DNA of 64,000 nucleotides. It comes from the human T2T-CHM13v2.0 reference genome, Homo sapiens. The translations under genes were made by a program, and so were the position numbers. Below, one piece after another: positions 13,626 through 28,250 of the stretch (its first letter is position 1; every line of letters starts with the position of its first letter). The stretch is taken from the NCBI RefSeq assembly GCF_009914755.1, contig NC_060938.1. One strand, 5' to 3'. Under the pieces are notes generated by a model. It was not told the origin of the DNA, did no database searches, and was given only the letters and a program-made list of their open reading frames with translations.

Positions 13626-14564
13626 GCTCATGTGTTTATTTATTTTATTTTAATCTGTCGTCATTTGGGTTTGTGGCTAAGTTGGGGAGCTGAAACATAC
13701 CACCTCATTCCATCATCTTAAATGAAAAACCTCCAGAAAACTTCAAAATAAAATTAACATTATTTGAGTACATTGTTCATGAAAAATACTTGTCTGAACT
13801 AACATTAAAACTTTGTATTTGATTTGAATTCCATAATTTACAAATTGTTCCACCATTTAAGTTGGCTTAAAACTTGGTGAGAAGAAATTTTCTACCTCCC
13901 AAATGTAAACTCAAACACATATACACTCTCTCTCTCTCAATCCTTGATCTATCTTTCTTTCTCTCCCACTCTCCCTCTTTCCTTCTATGTTTTATTTAAT
14001 TCTTAATTTAATTTAAGGCCACCAAAATCTAGTGGGAGTGATGAGGATATACAAGTCAGAGGTGTGTTAAGCCTCATGACATTTTTATTAGCTCTTGGCT
14101 ATTTAATAGGACCTGCAGCTATCAGAAATATTTGCATTTGACTTACATCACAGCCAGGAAAGAGTTATAAAATAATATATTAATTTAAAAGATTAATTTA
14201 AGAAGTTATTTACAGACATGGTGGGTTCCTGAATAAAATTTAGCATTAGTTAAACTATAGTGAGGAAATAAAAAAAAAATCAACAAGTTAATATGTGCAT
14301 GTTCCTAAACATTAGTTCTCTGAATTTAAAATTTCTGGAAAAAAAATGTATCAAACTTGCCATTAAGGTTTATTTTTTCCTGTTTGTTTGAAGTCATCAT
14401 TATAATCCATATGTGTTCTCAGTGGTTCTTAATCATCAGTAACAGATGCAAATCTTTGTATTCCTAGTTTTTGCTGGGAATGACACAATAAAGCTTTGCA
14501 TCTTTGTTCATTTTTGTGTTTCTGTAAAGGAATACCTGATGCTGGGTAATTTATAAACAAAAGA

Positions 14565-14884
14565 GGCTGGGCGCAGTGGCTCACACCTGTAATCCCAGCA
14601 CTTTGGGAGGCCGAGGCGGGGGGATCATCTGAGGTCGGGAGTTAGAGACCAGACTGACCAACATGGGGAAACCCTGTCTCTACTAAAAATACAAAATTAG
14701 CCGGGCGTGGTGGCGCATGCTTGTAATCCCAGCTACTCAGGAAGGCTGAGGCAGGAGAATCGCTTGAACCCGGGAGGCCGAGGTTGCCGTGAGCCGAGGT
14801 CGCGCCACTGCACTCCAGCCTGGGCAGCAAGAGTGAAACTCGGTCTCAAACAAAAAAAAGAAAAAAAAAGAAAAAAAAGAAAAA
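14565..14884 (+). mobile_element. AluSp-like
   Basis: Diagnostics gaggtcgggag, ctgaccaacatgg, ggcagcaagagtgaaactc; A-rich tail. Confidence 0.9.
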
Positions 14885-15327
<443 letters not shown>

Positions 15328-17524
15328 CTAACAGTGTAATTACTCACTCACCCCCTCCCCAGGGTGGTCATTCATCTCTTCAGGAAAAATCCACCCCCAA
15401 GACCCAAACATCTGCCACTAGACCCTACCTCCAACTTTGGGGATCAAATTTCAACACGAAATTTGGAAGGGACAGATATCTAAACTATGCATCTGTGTCA
15501 CTCTGTAAAAACGTAAAATAAGAAAATGAGATATATTTGTTTTAGAAAAACAGTAATCTATTCTGTAGCTTTAAAATATTTAAAAATCAGAAATGTAACT
15601 GTAACCTTATAGGTATATTCACTATTGACTAAATTATTTACACATAAATTTATTAGGAATAATTTCCTCATAACTTTCTTGAAATGTTATATTGCTAACT
15701 GGGACAAATTCACTTCAAGTGTGTATTTCTCTGATGGATTTTTATCTCAGAATAGTTGACTGAGTTGGACAAAAATGTTGATTTATTTTGTAAAGGCTAG
15801 TATTTTTCAAGAACAATATGAGGCCATAAACTGCACTCAACAAGTGTTTCAATGCTGAAGCTTTGAGGAAAATCCCAATGCCTTGACTTTTATGTATAAA
15901 CTAAAAGAGGGAGCATAGAGACGTCAAGGAAACACGATAAAAATGATTCTTTCTTGCTTATAGCATCTTTGATATACATTTTTAGCCAGAAGGTTCACAG
16001 ACATAGAGTCGATATTGATTTGAGCAGTGATAGGGTAACAGCTGCTTTCACCCAAGAATATAATTCTGCATTGTGTAGTGGAAAAAATGAGAGTGGCTCA
16101 GGTGACTCATATTTTTAGCTGTGGGAAAAATCTATTGATTTTTATATTTCATTGCCACTTGGTTGAAAGTGGAAAATTTCTTCTTCATGTTTCTCTCTAC
16201 TTTTTCAAATGAAAAATGGTATTAAGATTTTTTAAGGAGCCATAATTATTTAAGAATATAGGGTAGGTTTTTTGAATCATAGCGGGTACCTTGTTGGACT
16301 GTTGCAGGTTAAACACTTAATAATTTCCTAATAAATATTTATGATAGTTCAGTAGCTTTTCTAGTTACTATTGGGAAGTATCTATTGAAGAGGGACATGT
16401 AATTCCAATATAATATGTGTGTTTATGTGTGTGTGTGTGTGTGTTCAGGTACATGTACATTTTCTTTATTAACCATAAATACAGAGGAAAACCAATGCTG
16501 AATTTTCTAGTATGATCTGTAATTAAAATGGTATGTCACAGTGAACCCTGGAACACATTTTGAAGCAAAGTTGGCGTGAACTCCACAATCTTTCCAGTCT
16601 CTTGCGCCTGGAGAGTGCCGATTTCCACCTCTTGTCCCATCCTTCACCACTGAAAGGATATAGAGACTCGAATCTATGATGTTGCAGTCTTAAGACTGTG
16701 CTTTGGACAAACCAAGAGAATGAAAGTCAATAGATAAAGACAAAAGTTATTTTTGAACCGCAAGCAAGAGACCAACTAAAAAGTAAGTATCAAATAGAGG
16801 AAGAATGGAGTCAGGAAGAGTCCCCTGTGCAATGACCATGAACAGAACTTTAGAAACAGGGCTGGCCTCTAGGCTGCCAGGCTCGTGATGCAAATGATGC
16901 TAGTTCAGTTCAGAACTAGCAGGCCAAAGTACACTTATTCCCAGAGGTATAGCCTATGAGTGCTAATGTAAGTCTTTTTTTTTTATTCAACTAACATCTC
17001 AGAAATAAAAGTAAGGCAAACACATCACTGTGACAAAAACGTGATATAATTTTGATTGTGAAAATTATTCTACTACAGTTTTTCTCCATAATTCTAGGAT
17101 TGTTTGACCAAATCTTTTTCTAAGGCAACTATTACCTATGCCATTACTCTCACACACGCCCTTGCTTATTTCCTATTTCTGTTTATTCCAACCCAAATCA
17201 GAAATGACTCCATCCGCTGAACATGCCACTACTGAGGGGCCACCTGAAGAGCACTATCATTGCCTGAACTAGCGAGTGTTTGCAGTCGTTGCATGTATGT
17301 GTGCACACACATGTATGCTTGTGTGCATGTGTGCATGCATGTATTTGTGAATTTTAAAGGCACTGTCTTTTATCAGTGGGAACCGTGATAAATCATTGTC
17401 AGCCATTTGGTAAAGTTGTTTTTATTATTGTTTAATAAATTGTTGTACCTCCCTTACTTTAGAATTCAAGCATTATTTTTTAAGGACTGAGCTATCTTTC
17501 TGTCTATATCTATCACTTTAAAGC

Positions 17525-17690
17525 ATCATAATAAATATGTGGGGTATTATTATTGCTCTCATTTTAACAGATAAAGAAATTGAGGCACAGTGAGGATAAG
17601 CAGCTTGATTAAATTTATATGGCTGTTAAGGGAAGAACCCAGCATACCAACTGGGAAATGTGAAGTCAGAAACCAATCTCTAAACCAACA
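17525..17690 (-). mobile_element. MIR fragment
   Basis: cattttaacagataaagaaattgaggcacagtgaggataagcagcttg. Confidence 0.75.
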
Positions 17691-17883
17691 TAATAGCTGC
17701 TTAAAGATGGCCTTAATAATCAATCCATTAATATTAATGGTTTATTAAATAACCATCTGGGAATGCAAGGATGTGTTCCATGTAAGTAAGTCTATTAATA
17801 CCATAAACTAGATGAAAACAACAACAACAAAAAATGAAATAAAGAAAAATATACAGAGTTTATACAAAGAAAACGTTTGTACA

Positions 17884-18183
17884 AGCCAGGCACAGTGGCT
17901 TACGCCTACAATCCCAGCACTTTGGGAGGCCGAGGTGGGCGGATAATGAGGTCAGGAGTTTGAGACCAGCCTGGCCAACATAGTGAAACCCCATCTCTAC
18001 TAAAAGTACAAAAAAATTAGCTGGGCATGGTGGTGGGCACCTGTAATTTCAGCTACTCAGGAGGCTGAGGCATGAGAATCGCTTGAACCCAGAAGGCAGA
18101 GGTTGCAGTGAGCCAAGATTGCGCCGTTGCATTCCAGCCCTGGCGACAGTGCGAGACTCCATCTCAAAAAAGAAAAAAAAAAT
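17884..18183 (+). mobile_element. AluSg-like, full length
   Basis: ggataatgaggtcaggagtttgagaccagcctggcc; 18-bp TSD aaagaaaa(c/t)gtttgtaca at 17866-17883 and 18184-18201. Confidence 0.95.
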
Positions 18184-19164
18184 AAAGAAAATGTTTGTAC
18201 ATATACATATGTGATTTCAATAAGTGTTGAATGTGCATTTTATAAAATTTATAAGTTTTTTCTAATAACACATTTAACTAGAAATAAAAAATACTCTACA
18301 ACAATATATATTTCTTTTATTTTTGTGGTTCCCATTTAATTCATGGGGGAATACAAGACATTCTTTTTTAAAACAAGAATTAGAAAAGAAAAACACAATC
18401 CTAGCACCACCACTGTTGGGAAAAGTCATTTTAGCTGACATTTCTATTTGTAAAAACATTTCAAATATTATATTTCCCTGTCTTTATATGAAAAATACAA
18501 ATATTCCAAACTTGCTAAGCAAGCTGATTGCAGAACTAGCCCACTAACCACAAAACTTTCCAGAAAGAAGCTATACAACCAGAATATAGTAATACTCTCT
18601 TCTCTTAATTTAACCAGAGAAATAGTTTCTATTGTAACTTGTAACATTACACTGACACATGATTACAGTTGTTTCTCCAAATATTTTTATATATATATAT
18701 AAATGCTCCACAGACCCCAGGCCAAACCCTGCTCTATGACTTAATGTGATACACAGACTTTCTCCTATAATGTCAAAGCAATCCAGCCTTTGCTTACAAA
18801 CTAATTACTGGTGTGAACTGGTCGTTTCCTATTCTACTGTAATACGATATAATTTTATTTCTTCTCCAGGTTTGACTATTTTACCACAGCTTCAAAAAAC
18901 TGTAAATTACAAAAAAAGCCACATTATTTTACGCCAAAAATATTTTCAAATGTATATCTCTGCATTAGAATAAAACATGTAAAGTTAATCAACTTACTAT
19001 ATATAACAGAAACAATTTGAGAATTTACTGTCATGATATTAATAACAAAATATTAAGGCAATACAGAATTGGGATGAATAACTATATTTGAAAAGGTTAA
19101 TTACCTCTGAGTTTTTGCATATACAATTCTTTATAAAAAGAATTTGAAAACTTTCACTGACTTC

Positions 19165-20128
19165 CAAATGGGCAAAGGACCTGAACAGATATTTCTCCAA
19201 AAAAGACATACAAATAAATGGTCAACGGGTATATATAAAAAAATGCTCAACACCACTATTAATGAGAGAAATTCAAATGAAAACCACAGCATTATCACCT
19301 CACACCTGTTAGAATGGCTATTATCAAAAAACAAAAAAAAAGGAAAGATAATAAGTGCTGACACGGATGTGGAGAAAAGAGAACCCTTGTATGTTGCCAG
19401 TAAGATGGCAAATTAGTACAGCCATTATGGAAAACAGTATGAAGGTGTCTCAAAAAAATGACAAATAGAACTACCATCTAATCCAGAAATCCCAGTACTG
19501 GCTATAGAGCCAAAGGTAAAGAAATCGGTATGTCAAAGAGATATCTATACTCCTATGTTCATTGAGGCATTATTCACAATAACCAAAATATGGAATCAAC
19601 CTAAATGTCTATCAGTGGATGAATGGATACAGAAAATGTGGTATAGATACTCAGTGTAATACTATTTAGTCTTAAAAAAAAAAAGGAAATCCTGTCATTT
19701 GGAACAACGTGGATGAACCTGGAGAATATTATGTTAAGTGAGATAAACAAAGCAGAGAAAGATAAATACTACTTGATTTCACTTACATGTGGAATCTAAA
19801 AAAGTGAGACTCACAGAGATAGACAATAGCTTGGTGGATGGCAGGGGCTTGATGATGGAGAGAGGGAGTTGTTGAGCAAACAATAAAAAATTTCAGTTAG
19901 ATGGGAGGATTAAGTTCAAGAGATCTATCGTATAACATGGTGACTTTAATTAGTAACAATGAGATGTATTTTTGAAAATTGCTAAAAGAGTAGATTTTAA
20001 TTGTTCTCACCACAAAATTATAACTTTGTGATATAATGCATATGTTGATTAATTCACTGTAGGCATTACATATTTACAGATATTTCAAAACATTGAGTAC
20101 AATAATTTTCATCTCTTCATTTAAAAAT
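19165..20128 (+). mobile_element. L1MA-type 3' portion (ORF2 end plus 3'UTR)
   Basis: aatgggcaaaggacctgaacagatatttctcc...; [12 protein letters not shown]-type translation; ttcagttagatgggaggattaagttcaagagatcta. Confidence 0.9.
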
Positions 20129-20718
20129 TCTATGAAGTAAACGTTGAAATTCTATTCCTCATAATACCATGCCAACGTGCCCTTAAATCTATTTCCCAGA
20201 AGTAATCACTTTTATCAGTTAGTTGTAAAACCTTTGTTTTTCACCTAGTAGGTTGAAATAAATATTTTTGCGTAAGTAAATTATATAACCAATGGCATCA
20301 TTAATGAAGAAACTACTCCTTCTAGATTAAGACAGCATTACAATTTAGAGAAATAAAAGAATTCTCAACCAAATGATACATCCTTATTAATTACTGTATA
20401 AAACACCATGAACCTTTCAAATACATTTTATCAGCACTCCTTTAAATACCTTTTTTTGGAATTGATAATGTTATATCTCTAAGAATAACCCTTTATACAT
20501 GCTCAGTACGACGAAATTACCTCTATCCTAGGTAGCAACTCTCTAGTAACCAAACTGTAATTTTCAGAAAGTTCTTAGGTTGTATTTTTGCAAAAAAAAA
20601 AAAAAAAAAATGCCTGTACTTTTGACATGTTAAAATAGGAGACCTAAAAGTGCAATATGTGCACAAATGTGAGTACATGGAAATATTTCAGGAGCTATAC
20701 AATTGTGAAAACCACATC

Positions 20719-21143
20719 AATGAAAGACTGGATAAATAAAATGTGGCACATAAACACCATGGAATACTATGCAGCCATCAAAAAGGATGAGATCATGTCC
20801 TTTGCAGGGACATAGATGAAGCTGGAAACCATCATTCTCAACAAACTAACACAGGAACAGAAAACCAAACACTGCATGTTCTCACTCAAAAGTGGGAGTT
20901 GAAAAATAAGAATACATGGACACAGGGAGGGGAACATCACACACTGGGGCCTGTCAGGGGGTGGGGGGCTAGGGTAGGGATAGCGTTAGGAGAAATACCT
21001 AATGTGGATGATGGGGTGATGGGTGCAGCAAACCACCATGGCATGTGTATACCTATGTAACAAACCTCCACGTTCTGCACATGTATTCCAGAGCTTAAGG
21101 TACCATTAAAAAAAAAAAGAAGAAGAAGAAGAAGAAGAAGAAA
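20719..21143 (+). mobile_element. L1PA7/8-like 5'-truncated L1
   Basis: ORF2 end and 3'UTR; 12-bp TSD gaaaaccacatc at 20707-20718 and 21144-21155; tail A->(GAA)n. Confidence 0.93.
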
Positions 21144-21477
21144 GAAAACCACATCTTGGTTAACTGAGGTACATGATTTTCCAAAATTGATCTGACTGAC
21201 AGTGGGCCTGCATTGAAGGCACCTAACATTCTCTTTTCCCTCCTCCCTTTGAAAAAAACTGTTTTTACCTACTTTAAAAAAGGAAGACATATCTATCACC
21301 ATCCTAAAATTTATGCAGGACTCCATACCAAACAATAATATTATTTTAGCAAAATCTGAATAAATATTTAAGTGGTTTTCATCAATTATACACTATAAAT
21401 ACTGAAGTTAAATCTAGAAGATTCTTGTAAAATATTTAGAGCTTTATTATTAGGGAAAATTAAAATGAATAGATTTC

Positions 21478-21536
21478 TATATATGTACATGCACATACAT
21501 ACATACACACATACATATATATACACATATGTATAT
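21478..21536. repeat. (TACA)n/(TA)n low-complexity repeat
   Basis: Direct reading. Confidence 0.8.
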
Positions 21537-23764
21537 TTGTTGTAATTGTTGCAGAGACATATGATAGAGGTATACATAATACTTTAAGCATAAGAATATA
21601 CTGCACTGGCATAAAATTCTTCAAGAAGAGTGGAATGGAAATACAATGTCAGGAGAAAAGAAATTATTTAAAATTTCCCGTAATAAAAGTAAAACTTCTT
21701 AATGTATTTTTAAATAAATGAATATTGGTATATGATTTTTTACAATTACATTTCATCAGATGAGCATAAAGGGTGATATAACCATATTATTTAAAATTAT
21801 AAAATTTACATTATATATGAAATTATAATCTTTGTAAGTCATACGAAAAAGTAGATATTGGTTTATAAGATTGTGAGGAAATACTTAGATCTTCAAAATT
21901 TTTCCAGGGCAATATGTGCAAAAACTTTAAATACCAGTTTTTAAAAATATAGTGGTTTCCCAGAATACCCTTGATTCATCAAAGGCTGGACTTTTTGAAG
22001 TGTAATTAAGAGAGATGGGAGAATTAGAACTGGGGATTCATCTCTTTCTACAATAGACATACCTTACAAGGCAGGAATGGAATCTAATATTGTGAGTGTC
22101 AGAATGCCTCTTAGGTTTCCTGGAGAAGAGCAAGCGAACAATTTAAGTATTCTTCTCTCTTTTACTCCAAGCTGACATATTACTTTAGTTTGCTTTGTTT
22201 TTTGCTTGTTTTGTTTGTTTTACTTCCTGACTGTTGCAGAGATCTGAAGCTCATTCAAGGAAATCTGCTCATCTCTTTCACAGGAGACTTTTATTTAATT
22301 AATTACTTTGAAATTTTCCTGTGATTTGATTATACTTCCTGTGCCTCTTGCCTCTGGGCTTGAAAATTTTCCCCATGAACAGAAAAACTCTTACATCTGG
22401 ATTCACTGACTGGTGTGCATTTGGGGTTACAGGTTCTTTTCTCTGGCTTCTCCATCAAACTAATTCTATAGGTATTCATTTTTGAATAACTTCCTCAAAA
22501 TTCATGGTACATGTATTTTTCCTAGGTATTTACAGATTTAATCCTTTCCTTCGCTTCTACTCTTATAGTAATTTTAATGCAATTTGAGAATGCAAAAATA
22601 TCCCTAGTCATCATTTCTGACATTTTGCATAAATTTTTTTTTCAACATGCATTTAGCTTTGAGGCTTATAAAAAATTTGGCAAGTTTTATATGGCTTATT
22701 TTTCTCAATATGATAAGCTAACAACAGTGTAAATGTCAAATGCTTCCCTTTGTCAGGAGTTTTGGCACAAAAAGCAATTGAATATGCAAATGATTATTGG
22801 TGGCATTCTCCTGGTGCACCTACTAAATAACATGAGTGTGGCTATTTGGAGAATGGGTGAACATGGCAGTTTGCAAGGATGCAAGGACATACTTAAAGGT
22901 ACTATGAATGCTCACGTGGGCTGTAACTGAGTTACCAAATTGTGGCTTTACTCAGGAGTACATAACACACTATGTGAATAAAATAAATCTCATGCTGTGA
23001 TTCTTATAAAATAGAGGGGTCTAAAATGCAAACTTCTCAGGTTATACAATTTATTTAAATGGAAATAATTCAAAACAGTCTGTTTCTAGTTAATCTTTAA
23101 ATATGCAAATAGGAAAGGTCATTTATTTCATTTATTTTTATTTTTGCCATTTCCAGATGGGAACATAACTACCCATTATGAATTCATTCTCACTTTCCAG
23201 TCTCTTGACTTTACATCTTAGCTTTTGAAAACAAATTGATGCCTATTATAAATTGAATTATAACCACTGTAAGTTATTCCAGCCCAAGATGGTACAATTT
23301 TAAAATCTCCAGTAATAAATATTCTTATGCTTAAAGTATTACTTATTTTCAAGTTATTACCTTGTGCAATTTAGCCTTCATCTTTTCAAGGTATTCATAT
23401 CAATAAAATCTTAATGAATTTAAATAGTAATAATTCAAGAATGAAGAATTATATTTTATATACCTACATATTTTACCTTGGATTGAGAAATATCTCATGA
23501 CTTTCTACACTATTAAAACGTAGTAGCTCTTTTTTTGTTTGTTGGTTTATTTAAAGAAACAACTTAATTTTTTTTAAATCAAGAAAGAAATATCCAGTTT
23601 TCAAAAGTGAAGTAGTTTTCCAGATATTATTCTTATTCTCTAGTAGATATGAGTGCTATAGAGAGACTGTTTCTAACACACCAACATGAAAGAGCTCCCT
23701 TAATGAGATCAACCAAAGCCCATGATTGGAGAAGTCAACAAATGATTGAAGAATAGTTCACTAC

Positions 23765-24077
23765 TTTATTTATTTATTTATTTATTTTTTATTTATTGAG
23801 ATAGAGTCTCGCTCTGTCACCCAGGCTGGAGTGCAATAGCGCGATCTCGGCTCACTGCAAGCTCCGCCTCCCTGGTACACGCCCTTCTCCTGCCTCAGCC
23901 TCCTGAGTAGCTGGGGCTACAGGTGCCCACCACCACGCCTGGCTAATTTTTTGTATTTTCAGTAGAGATGGGGTTTCACCGTGTTAGCCAGGATGGTCTC
24001 GGTCTCCTGACGTTGTGATCCACCGCCTCGGCCTCCCGAAATGCTGGGATTACAGGCCTGAGCCACCGCACCCGGCC
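23765..24077 (-). mobile_element. AluY with (TTTA)n tail
   Basis: ctgcaagctccgcctcc and gtgttagccaggatggtctc diagnostics. Confidence 0.95.
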
Positions 24078-26073
24078 ATATTTATTTATTTTTAATCAGA
24101 TGCATGAGCCTAACCTGCTGGAATTGGATTGTTCTTGCCAATTAAGGTTTCTTATGACCAGTGAAAGAAGCGCTATCTCTGTTAAACTTATTCATATATT
24201 TAATCCAAAATTACTGAGTACTTCCTAAATGTTAATGCTAATTCTTATCTAGATTTTAAGAATCCAGAATTTTAAGATTTCTGTCCATATTTAGTACTAA
24301 CCCTAAATGTATATGTTCCCACTGCTCATGGTTCTTAACCTCATTTATAGCCAGACTTTTTGAAGATTGTGTATATTTGTTTACCTCCTACAAAAGTATT
24401 CGTCCAGTCCCAACATGGAATTCCAACTATGCTAAAAATGTTGCAAAACAAAAGTTTTCTTAATGTCAAAAGGTGATAGGTCAATGGAAAGAAAGGCTGA
24501 GTAATGCCAAACTAGATGTTAGTAAGGTTGGATAGAGCAGGTTCAGTAGACTGCCGAAGGTTTGTTTGTAGTAGTTCAGTGAATCATAAATGTCAAATAC
24601 ATTCCAACTTTTTTCCATAAAATCCTAAAGAAATTTTTTCTCAACCTTATTTAGTATTAGACATCTTTAAGAAAAAAAAGTCAGCAATCAACCAAGTAAA
24701 CAATTAGAGCCAATTTTCATTGTTTGAGGATTCTTCTTCTCCATTAATTGCATCTTTATCAATACTTCCATCCTGATTGGAAGCTATTCCTCTTTCCCTG
24801 GTTTGGCCTCCTTACAATGTATTCATGTGAAACAATTAAGTTTCACATTTTTGCCAGTTTAAGTTAGCAAAATTTTGCCATTGTTGAGTTAAGCTTTCTG
24901 TTAGACTTTGTGACCCTGTCCTCCACCAACTCTGGGATATAATTTTTGTCATAGGTGTGGAGGCAATGGGGAAGGGACTTGAGGACGTTTGCTTCCCATT
25001 GCTAGCTAACCCCTTAGGCAAGGTCATTCAAGCGAAGCAAGAAGAGTCTCATCAGGCACAGATGGACAGGCTGCTGCTTCTGGCCAGCATCACTCAGCAG
25101 GCCTTCAGGGCTTAGATTCTCAGAGTCATCCAAATACATTCTCAAATGTAGGCTACTTTCACTTCTTACAGTCCTTTTTTTAAAAAAATTAATAGCTGAA
25201 GTTTTACATAAGAGACTTGATGAGACTAATTTCAAATTAGCAGATGACACAATAAACTTAGAATTTGATTTTTGCTGTGTCAGCCAAAAATGTACTGGGC
25301 TTCTCTGATACAGGAAATACCTCTAGAGATATCTACCCTTTCAATTTGCTGCCTTAATGTTTCATAATATAAGCAATCACATAAATTCCTCTCTTATCCT
25401 GCTAGAACAACATCCCATAAGTTTATATATCGCCATTTCAGCAAATCCTTAAATGTACTGTTTAGCATGAATGACAAAAATGCAAAGCCAGAGATGCAGG
25501 CAGCACTGAGTCTTGAGCTGATTGATTGCTGTATTTAGTAATCATGTATATTTGTCCATATTGAGACACCCAACACAGGTTCTGGGTCTCAAAAATATGG
25601 GTAGTAAAAAAAATCACTCAGAACCTATGGCTATAAGTGTACATACATGCCCATTCTAGGAAATTAATATGAAATAATAATGTTCATAATTGAAAGGAAG
25701 TGTTGAAAGAATTGTGATATTTCCAGTGTACTGTGCTGCTTTCACAAGATACTTACAAAATATATTGCATGATATAAATATTTTGTAACATTGGTCTGCT
25801 CTTTTTGAAGCCTGTACAGAATTATTGTATCGAAAAAAGCAACACAAATTCCTGAGTTGAAACTTTCTCACCTCTAATTTTATGATGATTTGTCATTACA
25901 ATTTTTCCTAAAGTGGAAAATCATAAGTTTTTAAATGATAGCCATTTAACAAATGGCCTTAATATATCATTTTTTCTTAACAAGGCAGAAACATAGTTTT
26001 AGAAATGAAAGATAAAGCTAGAAGGTCACTTTGGAAATATTAAAGGAGAGAGTGCCTTAAAAATTATGGTGGA

Positions 26074-26402
<329 letters not shown>

Positions 26403-26455
26403 ATGGTGGAGAAAATTCAAGCCCACTGGCTTAGAGCTTCATGCCTTTTGTTTAC

Positions 26456-26543
26456 TATGAACTCTATACATATAGACATGTATTGGGAATTCCAAACAAT
26501 ATGAACTCTATACATATAGATATGTATCGGGAATTCCAAACAA
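26456..26543. repeat. 44-bp tandem duplication (2 copies, 2 mismatches)
   Basis: tatgaactctatacatataga(c/t)atgtat(t/c)gggaattccaaacaa x2. Confidence 0.95.
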
Positions 26544-26957
26544 AACAAAGACAATTTTAGTTTTCAAATTGGTATGCGATTTTACATAGTGACTTGACTT
26601 TATATTGATGTAATAACGGACTATTTCCACAGTGGCTTTGTTGCAAGGTTTTACTCTTTATGCTTTGCTCTTGAAGAATATAAATGCTATGTGCTGCACG
26701 CTATAGCAAGCTTTCTATTTCATCCCTACTGTTGACTACTAACCTTGCTAACCACTGCAGATTACACCTGGAAAATAAGGTATGATTATCCTTTAATCGT
26801 TTTGTACCTGTAAACTATACTCTAATGTAATACAGAAGCTGACACATAGCTCTCAGCCTTGCACACTTGAAATTCTATTTAATTATATACCATCATAGAT
26901 TAAAACACTAATATTAACAACATCTTGCCATCTCAATGCCAAACAAAATTTAGATCC

Positions 26958-27327
26958 TGATATGGTTTGGCTCTGTGTCCCCACCAAAATCTCATCTCAA
27001 ATTATAATTCCTATATGTCCAGGGAGAGACCAGGTGGAGGTAATTCGATCATGGGGGCAGTTCCCCCATGTTGTTCTTGTGATAGTGAGTGAGTTCTCAT
27101 GAGAACTGATAGTTTTATAAGTGTTTGGTAGTTCCTCCTGCATTCATTCTCCTTCCTGCCACCTTGTGAAGAAGGTGCCTTGCTTCCCCTTTGCCTTCTA
27201 CCATGATTGTAAGTTTCCTGCGGCCACCCCAGCCATGCTGAACTGTGAGTCAATTAAACCTCTGTCCTTGATTAAGTTACACAGTCTCGGGCAGTTCTTA
27301 ATAGCAGTGTGAAAATGGACTAATACA
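26958..27327 (+). mobile_element. THE1D solo LTR (MaLR)
   Basis: tgatatggtttggctctgtgtcccc...ggactaataca; 5-bp TSD gatcc/gattc. Confidence 0.9.
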
Positions 27328-27504
27328 GATTCATTTGGTAATTTTAAAATACTATTTCAAAAAACTCATTTTATTGGAAATAAAATATTTTACATCCATT
27401 TCCTGTGGAATCATTTTTACTATATATCCGTAGTTTTCAGTGGAGGATATGCTGCCTGTTTGATGTAAATGAACACATAAGGGCCAATGGATGTAGATGT
27501 GGTT

Positions 27505-28250
27505 CGACATAGATTTAATGAATACCTGTTAATTATATAGGAATATACTAGAGAAGAGCATGCCTACATAAATCATCTAAAATCCCTACCATTAAGGATC
27601 TTCAAATCTAGTAAGGGAGAATAGTGTGAAGCCAAAAAATCTGAGACAGATCTCACCTAATTTAGGAAGTTTATTTTGCCAAAGTTAAGGACATGTGCCT
27701 GTGACACAGCCTCAGGAGGTCCTGATGACATGTGCCCAAGGTGGTCTGAGCACAGTTTGATTTTACACATTGTAGGGAAATATGAGACACCAATCAATAC
27801 ATATAAGAGGAACTTTGGTTTGGTCCAGAAAGGCAGGACAACTCGAAGTGGGAGAGAGTTTCCAGGTCATAGGTAGATAAGAGAAAAATGGTTGCATTTT
27901 CTGAGTTTCTCATTAACTTCTCCAAAGGAGACAATCAGATATGCATTTATCTCAGTGAGCAGAGGGGTGACCTTGAAGAGAATGGGAGGCAAGTTTGCCC
28001 AAGCAGTTCCCAGCTGAACTTTTCCCTTTAGCTTAGTGATTTTGGGGTCCCAGAATGTATTTTCCTTTCACAACAGAAACACATAGAGATAGTCACATAA
28101 TATAGAAAAGTACTGCTAGCAGTATATGGAAAGAGATATTGATTCAGGTAAGGGTGAAATAAGGAAGTCCTCCTGGATAACTTGGGAGTTGAGCAAGTCT
28201 ATTAAAAACAGATGGCAATTCATTCAGTACAGACTTCTTGAGTATAAGCA
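27505..28250 (-). mobile_element. L2 fragment interrupted by MER4A1
   Basis: atttaatgaatacctg...ccctaccattaaggatcttcaaatctagtaagggaga; aggaagtcctcctgga...gttgagcaagtct. Confidence 0.5.
27625..28072 (-). mobile_element. MER4A1-type solo LTR (ERV1)
   Basis: tgtgaa...gacacagcctcaggaggtcctgatgacatgtgcccaaggtgg...ttttcctttcaca; 4-bp TSD atag/acag. Confidence 0.88.
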
